Source: a virus (taxonomy: Duplodnaviria > Caudoviricetes). Taken from it: a stretch of 33,226 nt of DNA. Both the position numbers and the translations under genes were made by a program. Positions within the stretch are counted from its first letter, which is position 1. Each line of letters opens with the position of its first letter. The stretch lies in IMG/VR virus record IMGVR_UViG_3300014208_000020, positions 1-33,226 of that record. The stretch is one strand, 5' to 3'. Positions 19,243-26,623 of the stretch are shown here, in pieces. Under the pieces are notes generated by a model that worked only from the letters and a program-made list of their open reading frames with translations, ran no database searches and had not been told where the DNA came from.

Positions 19243-19271
19243 TTGACAAAAAAAATTTTTTAGAGTATAAT
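19243..19271 (+). promoter_or_regulatory. repeated sigma70 promoter
   Basis: TTGACA-N17-TATAAT. Confidence 0.9.
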
Positions 19272-19601
19272 TAAAAAAAGAGAAAGAGAAAAAATCGGGA
19301 ATGTTATTAATTAATTCTTAATAGTTTATTTAATAATGTTTTATTAAACAACATCATTTTGGCTGATTACTAGCAGGAAATGTGCGCTAAGATTTTTTTA
19401 TCGAATAGTAATTGGTTTTGCTAATGCCATCAGTTCTCGCTGAAAAAAAGAAGTTTGGTTCCCTTTCCCATCCAATTTAATTGGAGTTTAATAAGGCGGT
19501 TAAATTTTACCGTAAAATATTTAGGTTTGTGTTTTCTAACCTTAATAAGAAAAATTTGTGGATTGACTACCCGCTAGTATAATTATGAATAGTCTTTTTT
19601 T

Positions 19602-20028
19602 GGGGAGGTGGCGTAATTGGTAGCCGCTACGGACTTATTAATTTGAGCACTATATCGGAAACGATATATGTGAATGGTGTAAATTCAACGAACGGCCTGT
19701 CGAATGGAAGACGACCCAACATTGAGCGAAACTTTATATTGGAGACACTTTAACTGGAAAGATATTACAAGTGACGGTAATAAATGCCAATATGAATGAC
19801 GTGCAGAGACTATAATCACCTACCTAAATTGAAAGATATGGTAAAAGCATAGTCCAGACCACAAACGAACAAAACTATAATAAAAAACGGCACAGGAAGT
19901 TTTGTAATGGGTTCAAGTCCCAACCAATTTAACAGAATTGAGTAAGCCAGAGTTCGGTAGTGAAAACTATAGTGGTAAGAAAATCCGTTGGTCGAAAGAC
20001 CGTGAGGGTTCAAGTCCCTTTCTCCCTA
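19602..20028 (+). tRNA. trnL: tRNA-Leu(TAA), exons 19602-19636 and 19980-20028
   Basis: GGGGAGG..ACGGACTT | AAAATCCGT..GAGGGTTCAAGTCCCT; same architecture as the cyanobacterial trnL-UAA gene. Confidence 0.9.
19637..19979 (+). mobile_element. group I intron in the tRNA-Leu anticodon, no encoded endonuclease
   Basis: U|...G| boundaries; GCAGAGACTA and ATAGTCC core elements. Confidence 0.88.
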
Positions 20029-20032
20029 TTTT

Positions 20033-20108
20033 GCGAGACAAACGAAGCCGGTCGCAGTCGCCTGGTCTTATATGCCAGTTTAGCTGGGTTCAACTCCCAG
20101 GTCTCGTA
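20033..20108 (+). tRNA. tRNA-Ile(TAT)
   Basis: GCGAGAC/GTCTCGT, CTGGT-CTTATAT-GCCAG, CTGGGTTCAACTCCCAG; atypical D arm. Confidence 0.7.
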
Positions 20109-20143
20109 TTTTTTAAACTGTTTTTTAAGGAGGCGTATCAAGA

Positions 20144-20661
20144 ATGAAAACTTACTTTATTGGAGACACACATTTTTTTTCCATCAAAAAATTTTAATAT
20201 TTGAACCATCAAGATTGCTTCTTGGTGAAACAATGGATGCTCATAATTGGGAAATTGTAAAAAGATGGAACAGTGTTGTTAATCAAGAAGACATTGTTTA
20301 TCATCTTGGTGATGTTGCTTTTAAACTGGGTTCTAAAGAAGGGGAGCTTAAAAACATAATTTATAATCTTAATGGACATAAAAAACTTATTATGGGAAAC
20401 CACGATACAAAAGATAAACAATTTTATTTGGATCTTGGATTTGAAGAAGTTTTTGAAGAAGATATTCTTGTTGATGGTATTTGGTTAAGCCATAAACCAA
20501 TTTTAGATCAAAATAAATTGAATGGCAAAATAAACATTCATGGGCACGTTCATAGTAATTCTCATAGAGACGAAGATACTCCAACGAAAAATCTTCATCT
20601 TTATATCAATGCTTCTATCGAAGTTTTGCCAGATTTTAAACCAATGTTGTTTAAAAATTAA
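20144..20661 (+). pseudogene. calcineurin-like phosphoesterase, frameshifted at T8 (20173-20180)
   Basis: MKTYFIGDTHF in one frame; HLGD, GNHD, LSH, HGHVH in another. Confidence 0.8.
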
Positions 20662-20672
20662 GGAGAAAATAA

Positions 20673-20894
20673 ATGGAAAAAATATTAGCTATTGTTTTAT
20701 TTTTTGTTAATTTTTTCAGTTCTATTGCTTTGTGTTTTTCACAAGGGAAAACAATAGATGGTGTTTTGATACTTGGTATGATTATATTATCGTTGTTTTT
20801 GATGGCTGTAGAAATGATGTCTTTGTCAGTAATAATTCCTGAAAAATATCAAACAAAGATTAAAGAAAAAGAAGAAACAGGAACCAAAATTTAA
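20673..20894 (+). CDS. small membrane protein
   Basis: AGGAG SD, 2 hydrophobic segments. Confidence 0.7.
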   Translation: MEKILAIVLFFVNFFSSIALCFSQGKTIDGVLILGMIILSLFLMAVEMMSLSVIIPEKYQTKIKEKEETGTKI

Positions 20895-20926
20895 AACTAT
20901 GTATGGTATTTTATTAAGGAGAAGAA

Positions 20927-21424
20927 ATGTTAAATCTATTTTCAGACGGAAGGATGGAAGAAACTTCAAAAGCAAAAAGTGCAGCAGAAAGAATACAGAG
21001 GGGAAAGCAAGCAGAACTTGAAACAAACTGTGGTCCATTAGCAGAAACTTTATCAAAAATAAAAGACATATGCGAGCCAAAAGCGCTCGACGCCGAAAGA
21101 TCCATATATTTTTCTTACGAGGATTATCGCGTTGTTTATGAGGAAATTTACCATTATTCTAATTTTAGAATAATAAAATTGAATGGATTTTTTAAAACCA
21201 AAGAAACTTGTATTTTTAGTGGACAAGTTGGATACAATTGGAGTCGTGTTTTTGAAAATAAATTAGATTACTGGTTTACAAACTTAGAAATAAACATGGC
21301 ATATAAAGAAGCAATAGAAAGAATTCACAGAGAAATGTATGAATACATTATTTCAAAAGAAGAAGAAAAAATTAAAAATATTATTATTGAAACAGCAATG
21401 ATTTCAGTTAATATGAACTTTTAG
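20927..21424 (+). CDS. hypothetical protein
   Basis: AGGAG SD. Confidence 0.7.
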   Translation: MLNLFSDGRMEETSKAKSAAERIQRGKQAELETNCGPLAETLSKIKDICEPKALDAERSIYFSYEDYRVVYEEIYHYSNFRIIKLNGFFKTKETCIFSGQVGYNWSRVFENKLDYWFTNLEINMAYKEAIERIHREMYEYIISKEEEKIKNIIIETAMISVNMNF

Positions 21425-21446
21425 TTCTATTAATTAAAGGATAATT

Positions 21447-21683
21447 ATGAGTGAAAAAAATTGGAAAATTGGAGACGTTGCTATTTGCATTGTTGAAAAT
21501 GGATTATGTGATGGAATATTAGGAAAAGAATATAAAGTAGTTGGAATATCAAATAGATTTCCTGGCGATTTAATTTTTTCTATTCATCCTTTTGAACGTA
21601 ACCCTTATGGAATTTCTGTTTGCTCTAAAAAAGAAAGATTTAAGAAAAAAAGTCAACAATTACTCCTTTTTGAAGATGAATAA
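21447..21683 (+). CDS. small protein with C-terminal tag (SQQLLLFEDE)
   Basis: WKIGD N-terminus; shared tag. Confidence 0.8.
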   Translation: MSEKNWKIGDVAICIVENGLCDGILGKEYKVVGISNRFPGDLIFSIHPFERNPYGISVCSKKERFKKKSQQLLLFEDE

Positions 21684-21686
21684 CTA

Positions 21687-21715
21687 TTGACAAAAAAAAT
21701 TTTTTAGAGTATAAT
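21687..21715 (+). promoter_or_regulatory. repeated sigma70 promoter heading the tRNA cluster
   Basis: TTGACA-N17-TATAAT. Confidence 0.9.
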
Positions 21716-21811
21716 TAAAAAGTAAAAAAGAGAAAAGATTATTTAGATTAAATCAACCTGACTAGTTGTAAAGGTAATTAATAAGTCATATATTATTATA
21801 GAGATTAATAA

Positions 21812-21885
21812 CGGGTATTGGGCAAAAGGTTAGCCACCTGATCTGGGATCAGGGCATCAAGTGTGTTCGATTCACACATACCCGA
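21812..21885 (+). tRNA. tRNA-Pro(TGG), C at position 33
   Basis: CGGGTAT/ATACCCG, CCTGA-TCTGGGA-TCAGG, GTGTGTTCGATTCACAC. Confidence 0.8.
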
Positions 21886-21937
21886 ATAACGTGGATAAGT
21901 TTTCTTGTTTATAACACGTAAACAAAACAAGAAAAAA

Positions 21938-22084
21938 AGCACATTGGCGTAATCGGGAATAAATACCGACGAAGTGTCGTTTTGTAGACACAGAGACATT
22001 TTTTACTGGAATAAGTTGACAGTAAAATAAACAACGTCCAAGATAATAAACTTGGAGATATGGGTTGGAATCCCATTTGTGTTT
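21938..22084 (+). ncRNA. tRNA-like RNA with multi-hairpin expanded core
   Basis: AGCACA/TGTGTT acceptor, TGGCGTAATCGG D-arm start, ATGGG-TTGGAAT-CCCAT T arm, 3 internal hairpins. Confidence 0.5.
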
Positions 22085-22093
22085 TTATTTTTT

Positions 22094-22196
22094 GCCCTCT
22101 TAGCTCATTTGGTTTAGAGCGATTGCCTTGTCGTGTATTTTTACAAAAGAATATAGGACAAGCAATAGGTGCTCGGTTCGAATCCGAGAGTGGGCA
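22094..22196 (+). tRNA. tRNA (Thr-TGT or Val-TAC) with a 28-nt insertion in the anticodon loop
   Basis: canonical TAGCTCA..GGT..AGAGC and GGTTCGAATCC; ATTGC/GCAAT stem extended by a long hairpin. Confidence 0.7.
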
Positions 22197-22202
22197 TTAC
22201 GA

Positions 22203-22274
22203 CGCAGGAAGAGAAAAGGTGACTATCCGGTCTCATAAACCGTGACATTCTGGTTTCGAGATCCAGTCCTGCTA
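22203..22274 (+). tRNA. tRNA-Met(CAT), initiator-like, divergent
   Basis: C1 mismatch, GCAGGA/TCCTGC, CGGT-CTCATAA-ACCG. Confidence 0.6.
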
Positions 22275-22314
22275 TACTCCTTGGTCGTCAGGGGAAAAGT
22301 TCGACCATTTTTTT

Positions 22315-22345
22315 GCCGCTGTGCTGGAATTGGTATAGGCGTTAG
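22315..22345 (+). pseudogene. 5' fragment of a tRNA-Leu-like gene
   Basis: GCCGCTGTGCTGGAATTGGTA; acceptor strand pairs with TAGCGGT at 23243-23249. Confidence 0.55.
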
Positions 22346-22414
22346 TTTTATTTTCGAACTGGAATACTCTATGTCATATATAATATGTAAAGATAATATT
22401 ATGAGGGTTCGAAA

Positions 22415-23164
22415 TTGACAACAAAATATACAAAAGAAAATTTAGAGGAAATTGTAAAGGAAAGTTTTTCTATATTTGAAGTTTTAAGAAGATTGGAATT
22501 AGTTTGTTCTGGTGGAAACCACTCGCACATTTCTAAATTAATAAAAGATTTTGAAATAGATAAGAGTCATTTTTTAGGACAAGGGCATAGTAAAGGCAAA
22601 ATATTGGGACCTAAATATACAAAGGAAACTTTTTTAGAAACTTTAAAAAAGGATACTAAAATTTTAGGTCATAGATTAGTAAAGAGATTGGTGTTTTTTG
22701 GGATCAAAGAAAGAAGATGTGAGATATGTAAAAATGATATATGGAACGAAAAACCAATACCGTTAGAATTAGATCATATTGATGGAGAACACTCCAATAA
22801 TGAATTAGAAAATATTAGAATATTGTGTCCAAATTGCCACGCACAAACAGATACCTATTGTTCTAAAAATATGAACAAAAAAATTTCTATCATAAAGTTA
22901 GAAAAGAAAAAATATTTTTGTGATTGTGGAAACGAAAAACATCGTAGTTCTAAAAAATGTAAAATCTGTAGTAATAGAAGTTTAGAAAAGTTTAACAATG
23001 GTTTGAAAATAGAGTGGCCTTCCGATGAAGAACTTTTAAAAGAACTAGAAGTTAAATCATATTTAGAGTTAAGTAAAGAGATTGGCGTGTGTGATAATTC
23101 TATAAGAAAACATTTAAAAAAAAGGATTGGATATTTTCCATCAAAGCGTAAAGTTAATAATTAA
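22415..23164 (+). CDS. HNH homing endonuclease
   Basis: CEIC...LELDHIDG...NN.LENIRILCPNCH, CDCG...CKIC, C-terminal HTH-like segment. Confidence 0.88.
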   Translation: MTTKYTKENLEEIVKESFSIFEVLRRLELVCSGGNHSHISKLIKDFEIDKSHFLGQGHSKGKILGPKYTKETFLETLKKDTKILGHRLVKRLVFFGIKERRCEICKNDIWNEKPIPLELDHIDGEHSNNELENIRILCPNCHAQTDTYCSKNMNKKISIIKLEKKKYFCDCGNEKHRSSKKCKICSNRSLEKFNNGLKIEWPSDEELLKELEVKSYLELSKEIGVCDNSIRKHLKKRIGYFPSKRKVNN

Positions 23165-23176
23165 AGATTCATATTT

Positions 23177-23250
23177 GCCCGAGTAGGAAAACTGGTAAAT
23201 ATACCACACTTAGATTATAGGTCGTGTGAGTTCAAATCCCACTAGCGGTA
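23177..23250 (+). pseudogene. chimeric/degenerate tRNA-Leu(TAG)
   Basis: GCCCGAG..CTGGTAA..CTTAG, T arm GTGAGTTCAAATCCCAC; own acceptor stem mismatched. Confidence 0.5.
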
Positions 23251-23320
23251 TTTTTTATAAGGAGTGATTGATGTATTTTATTCGTAATTGTGTAAATGAT
23301 ACTATATAATTAGTTTTTAT

Positions 23321-23401
23321 GCGTCATTATGTGAATCAGCAAACACGGGCGACTGTAAATCGCTTCCTTCGGGGTACTAGGGTCGGCACCTAGATGGCGC
23401 A
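23321..23401 (+). tRNA. tRNA-Tyr(GTA)
   Basis: GCGTCAT/ATGGCGC, GGCGA-CTGTAAA-TCGCT, long variable arm CCTTCGGG. Confidence 0.8.
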
Positions 23402-23404
23402 ATA

Positions 23405-23461
23405 TAGACACACACAGCAAACAAAAAACAACAATCTGTTAAATTGTATAAGTTGTGTCTA
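23405..23461 (+). ncRNA. ACAGCAA stem-loop RNA, copy 4
   Basis: TAGACACA/TGTGTCTA, ACAGCAA at 23414-23420, ACAAT-CTGTTAA-ATTGT inner hairpin. Confidence 0.75.
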
Positions 23462-23471
23462 GTTTTTTCTT

Positions 23472-23543
23472 TCTTCGATAGCTCAGTGGTAGAGCAGGGT
23501 GCTGTTAACACTCAGGTCGCTTGTTCGAATCAAGCTCGAAGAG
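23472..23543 (+). tRNA. tRNA-Asn(GTT)
   Basis: canonical cloverleaf, GGGTG-CTGTTAA-CACTC. Confidence 0.92.
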
Positions 23544-23546
23544 TAA

Positions 23547-23657
23547 AGTATTGTGGTGAAAAGATTTAACACAATGGCGAGGTAGCTCCTCTTGACGGTC
23601 TTGCTATAAGATGCCATAGTTCGCAACAATGAAAGGTTTAATTCCTTTCCAATACTT
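23547..23657 (+). ncRNA. tRNA-like RNA with branched anticodon domain
   Basis: AGTATTG/CAATACT, D arm, ATGGC/GCCAT enclosing two hairpins, GAAAGG-TTTAATT-CCTTTC. Confidence 0.55.
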
Positions 23658-23763
23658 TTAAAGAATATTATTGGTGGCAAGTACGATTATAGTTTGGCTA
23701 GGAAACATGATCCGGGGGCTGAAATTCCAAGGAGGTTAATAACTCTAGTATTCTTTTTTTTAC

Positions 23764-23838
23764 GCGTCATTACTATCAAAAGGTTAGATTCCCATTCTGA
23801 TAAAATGGAGGTTAATGGTTCAATTCCATTATGACGCA
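23764..23838 (+). tRNA. tRNA-Ile(GAT)
   Basis: GCGTCAT/ATGACGC, CCATT-CTGATAA-AATGG, GGTTCAATTCC. Confidence 0.82.
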
Positions 23839-23873
23839 ATGTATTAGTATTTATTTTGGAGATTTCATAAACA

Positions 23874-25067
23874 ATGAACAACAACGCAAAACGCCTTACG
23901 AGAGGTTTGGCTGCAAATATAAAAGAATTAATAGAGGTTGCATTTGAAGATCCGTCAACTAAAAGAGAAATTTGTAGAGGTGGCGGAAGTAATGGTGGGC
24001 AAATAACAAAATTACTTATGAACAAACCAACTGAAAACATACGAATTTCAAAAGAAGCATTGAAATTATGTATGGAAAATAACGTTTTCTTATATGATTA
24101 TTTTTTTCTTGGCAGGGATAATGCTAAACTAAAAGAAAAATATGGCAACTTTTTTTCGTCAAACTGGAAAAGTGCAGAAAAATGCCATGCAGTCGGTCAT
24201 TATATTACAGCAGATCACAATATTCCTAATACTTGCATTATAAATGAAATATTAGAAATAGCGGAAGAAGATATTGAAAAATTAACAGAGGAAAGAATAA
24301 TAAAAATATTAAACTCTCAATCTCTTGATTTTATAACTATTGAAGAAAATGATCTTTTGAATAAAAATGGATTTACTTTTTCTGGAACAAAAGAGGAAAG
24401 GGATTCAATTTGTAGTGAAAAAATAGATATAACAGATGTTTGGCTTACACCAGATCATATTATTAGTCAATTTTTTGAAACTTCTGGTTTAGATATAAAC
24501 CATTGTCTTGATCCTTGTGCTTGTGATGGAAGATGGTTAAAAGGAAAAGGTATCTCTGGAGATATTTTACCTATGAATAAATCAGTTGCTTGGCAAGATT
24601 TTTTAACGGTTGAATCTGTTCCAGAAGAAATTAAACATATAATTGGAAATATTCCATTTTCTTTAACTAAAGAATTTGTTGAAAAAGCATTTTTACTAAG
24701 AAGTGAAGCATATTTTTTAGTGAATGGTGACACTATAATGAATCATTATAATGGACATATAAAAAAAATATGGATAATCAATGGAATCGAAGGAAACCAA
24801 AAAGATTTTAGAAGTAGATGTGAATTTGAAACAATTGTTTTAAAAAAATCTGCTTTGTGGTGTTGTATAGTTCACTTAACAAAAGAAAAACAAGAAGAAT
24901 TTATAATAGAAAAAGATATTTCAAATGAACAAAAAAGGGATGGATTTCATGTAGCATTAGGAAGAAATACATTCATAAAAAGTTTAGTTCCTATTGAGAA
25001 TAATGAAAAAATAATAAGATTGCAAACAAAAGGAACGATTGATTATAAAAAGAAAAAGATAAGTTAA
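23874..25067 (+). CDS. two-domain protein with C-terminal N6-adenine methyltransferase-like domain
   Basis: DVWLTP, LDPCACDG, QDFL, IIGNIPF (NPPF variant). Confidence 0.65.
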   Translation: MNNNAKRLTRGLAANIKELIEVAFEDPSTKREICRGGGSNGGQITKLLMNKPTENIRISKEALKLCMENNVFLYDYFFLGRDNAKLKEKYGNFFSSNWKSAEKCHAVGHYITADHNIPNTCIINEILEIAEEDIEKLTEERIIKILNSQSLDFITIEENDLLNKNGFTFSGTKEERDSICSEKIDITDVWLTPDHIISQFFETSGLDINHCLDPCACDGRWLKGKGISGDILPMNKSVAWQDFLTVESVPEEIKHIIGNIPFSLTKEFVEKAFLLRSEAYFLVNGDTIMNHYNGHIKKIWIINGIEGNQKDFRSRCEFETIVLKKSALWCCIVHLTKEKQEEFIIEKDISNEQKRDGFHVALGRNTFIKSLVPIENNEKIIRLQTKGTIDYKKKKIS

Positions 25068-25071
25068 TTTT

Positions 25072-25215
25072 AGAAACATAGAACGACTAGAATGAACAAT
25101 GGATGAGGTCGGATTCCATACAGGATTAAGGGTAAACAAGTATGTAGCAAAAGTTATGACTTGCCTAGCGTATTTCACAGAAGGTAAATCTGTGTCGAGG
25201 TTCATTTATGTTTCT
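25072..25215 (+). ncRNA. unassigned structured RNA
   Basis: AGAAACATA/TATGTTTCT and ATGAAC/GTTCAT closing stems with internal hairpins. Confidence 0.4.
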
Positions 25216-25221
25216 TTATTT

Positions 25222-25305
25222 AGAAGGTATCCGGACGGCTCCGGGACCGGACTTGAAATCCGGAACGCGGGGAAACTCGTGGAGGATCGACACCTCTATC
25301 TTCTG
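25222..25305 (+). tRNA. tRNA-Ser(TGA)
   Basis: CCGGA-CTTGAAA-TCCGG, long V arm, G discriminator; long D stem. Confidence 0.75.
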
Positions 25306-25436
25306 TAATTGGTTCCTGACGAGGAAATCGAAAGTATTACGCGCCTCTCCCTAACTAGAATTGGGATGCTCACTATGTAGGTCAAATCGTGAAGTTGACG
25401 CTGGCACCACAGCAGAGGTACTCACTGTGGTATTTT

Positions 25437-25522
25437 GGGATAGACAAGCAGTAGGGAATTGTCTTGGATTGCTAATCCAAAGGAAGATGAAAATCTTTGA
25501 GAATCGTATTCTCGTTATCCCG
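25437..25522 (+). tRNA. tRNA-Ser(GCT)
   Basis: GGGATAG/TTATCCC, TTGGA-TTGCTAA-TCCAA, long V arm. Confidence 0.75.
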
Positions 25523-25528
25523 TTTTTT

Positions 25529-25614
25529 GGCACAAATAATCTAATCGGTATTAGAGACGGTCTGCAAAACCGTCCTGTGAAAACAGTTGTGTAGTTCGAC
25601 TCTACTTTGTGCTT
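25529..25614 (+). tRNA. tRNA-Cys(GCA) with tRNA-Sec-like 8/4 fold and long V arm
   Basis: GGCACAAA/TTTGTGCT, TCTAAT-CGGT-ATTAGA, GACGGT-CTGCAAA-ACCGTC, CTGT-GAAA-ACAG, GTAG-TTCGACT-CTAC, U discriminator. Confidence 0.78.
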
Positions 25615-25619
25615 TTTCG

Positions 25620-25647
25620 AAGGAATACAAATTGTATTCCTTTTTTT
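25620..25647 (+). terminator. intrinsic terminator ending the tRNA cluster
   Basis: AAGGAATACA-AAT-TGTATTCCTT plus T-run. Confidence 0.75.
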
Positions 25648-25661
25648 ATTTAGGAGGTATT

Positions 25662-26237
25662 ATGAACTTTTTTAATTTTTTTAAAAAGAAAATCGTTAGA
25701 GAAAAGGAAATTATTACAATATATAAAAGTCCAACAATTTATATTAAAAAAAGAGATACAAGTTTTTTGTCTTATAGTATAAATAATTATATCGTTAAAT
25801 TTGATGGAAATAATTACATTTCTAGTCAAAAATTTCAACGCCTTGAAACTTACAAAGAAACATTACCTGTCGCTTTTATAGAATTTTGCGGATATAAAGT
25901 ATTTAAAAAAAATGAAGAAGAAATAAATAAAATGATAATTGACGTTTATGTTAAAAATTTAAATTTCGCTAGTTCTTTGTTTTCTATAATATCATCATTC
26001 CCTGATGCTGTGGAATCTTTTGATAAATTAAATAAAAACGAAGAAGTTAAAAAAGATCAAAGTGAATTTAGTGACAACTTTTCTTACTTGTTTGGAAAAC
26101 TAAGAAAAAATGAACTGGATTTACAAATAGGGATGGGGAATTTATACGACGATCTCAAGACCCTTATGGATGAATTAGAAGAGAAAATATTTACAGAAAT
26201 TTCTTCTGAAACAAAAATTAAAAAAGAAAAGTATTGA
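25662..26237 (+). CDS. hypothetical protein
   Basis: AGGAGG SD before ATG 25662. Confidence 0.72.
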   Translation: MNFFNFFKKKIVREKEIITIYKSPTIYIKKRDTSFLSYSINNYIVKFDGNNYISSQKFQRLETYKETLPVAFIEFCGYKVFKKNEEEINKMIIDVYVKNLNFASSLFSIISSFPDAVESFDKLNKNEEVKKDQSEFSDNFSYLFGKLRKNELDLQIGMGNLYDDLKTLMDELEEKIFTEISSETKIKKEKY

Positions 26238-26262
26238 CAAAAAAATATTTTTAATGTATAAT
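26234..26262 (+). promoter_or_regulatory. repeated sigma70 promoter
   Basis: TTGACA-N17-TATAAT. Confidence 0.9.
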
Positions 26263-26279
26263 TAAATAAAGGAAAATAA

Positions 26280-26600
26280 ATGACAAAATACAGAACAGTT
26301 TCAAACGGATATTATGATGAACTTGAATATCAAAAAGAATTTAAGTTTCTTTTCTTTAAAAGAAACTCTTGGCATTCTGTTTGGCGACCTTATTATGATG
26401 AAATTTGGGGAAGAACTCTCGACTATAGACATAATTATATAAATTCGATCAACACTAACATAAAAGATTTTGTAACTAAGTGGCCTAATATTAAAAATTA
26501 TTTTGATTGGGCACTTGAAGAACAAGAAAAACTTGAAGAAAAAATAAATAAAGAAAGAATAAAAATAGAATTAAAAAAACAAGAAGTAAAATATTTTTAG
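26280..26600 (+). CDS. hypothetical protein
   Basis: AAGGA SD after promoter. Confidence 0.7.
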   Translation: MTKYRTVSNGYYDELEYQKEFKFLFFKRNSWHSVWRPYYDEIWGRTLDYRHNYINSINTNIKDFVTKWPNIKNYFDWALEEQEKLEEKINKERIKIELKKQEVKYF

Positions 26601-26623
26601 AGTATAATTAAATAGAGGGAAAA

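Noticed and set aside
19938-20143. ORF 19938-20147 and the N-terminal extension of ORF 19960-20661
   Set aside because: They overlap the intron and tRNAs; the real start is ATG 20144.
23663-23753. Additional tRNA
   Set aside because: Only an acceptor-like stem (GAATATTA/TAGTATTC); no credible anticodon or T loop.
25099-25661. ORFs 25099, 25361 and the extension of 25587 (also 22060 and 27442)
   Set aside because: They run through tRNA or tmRNA-like genes.
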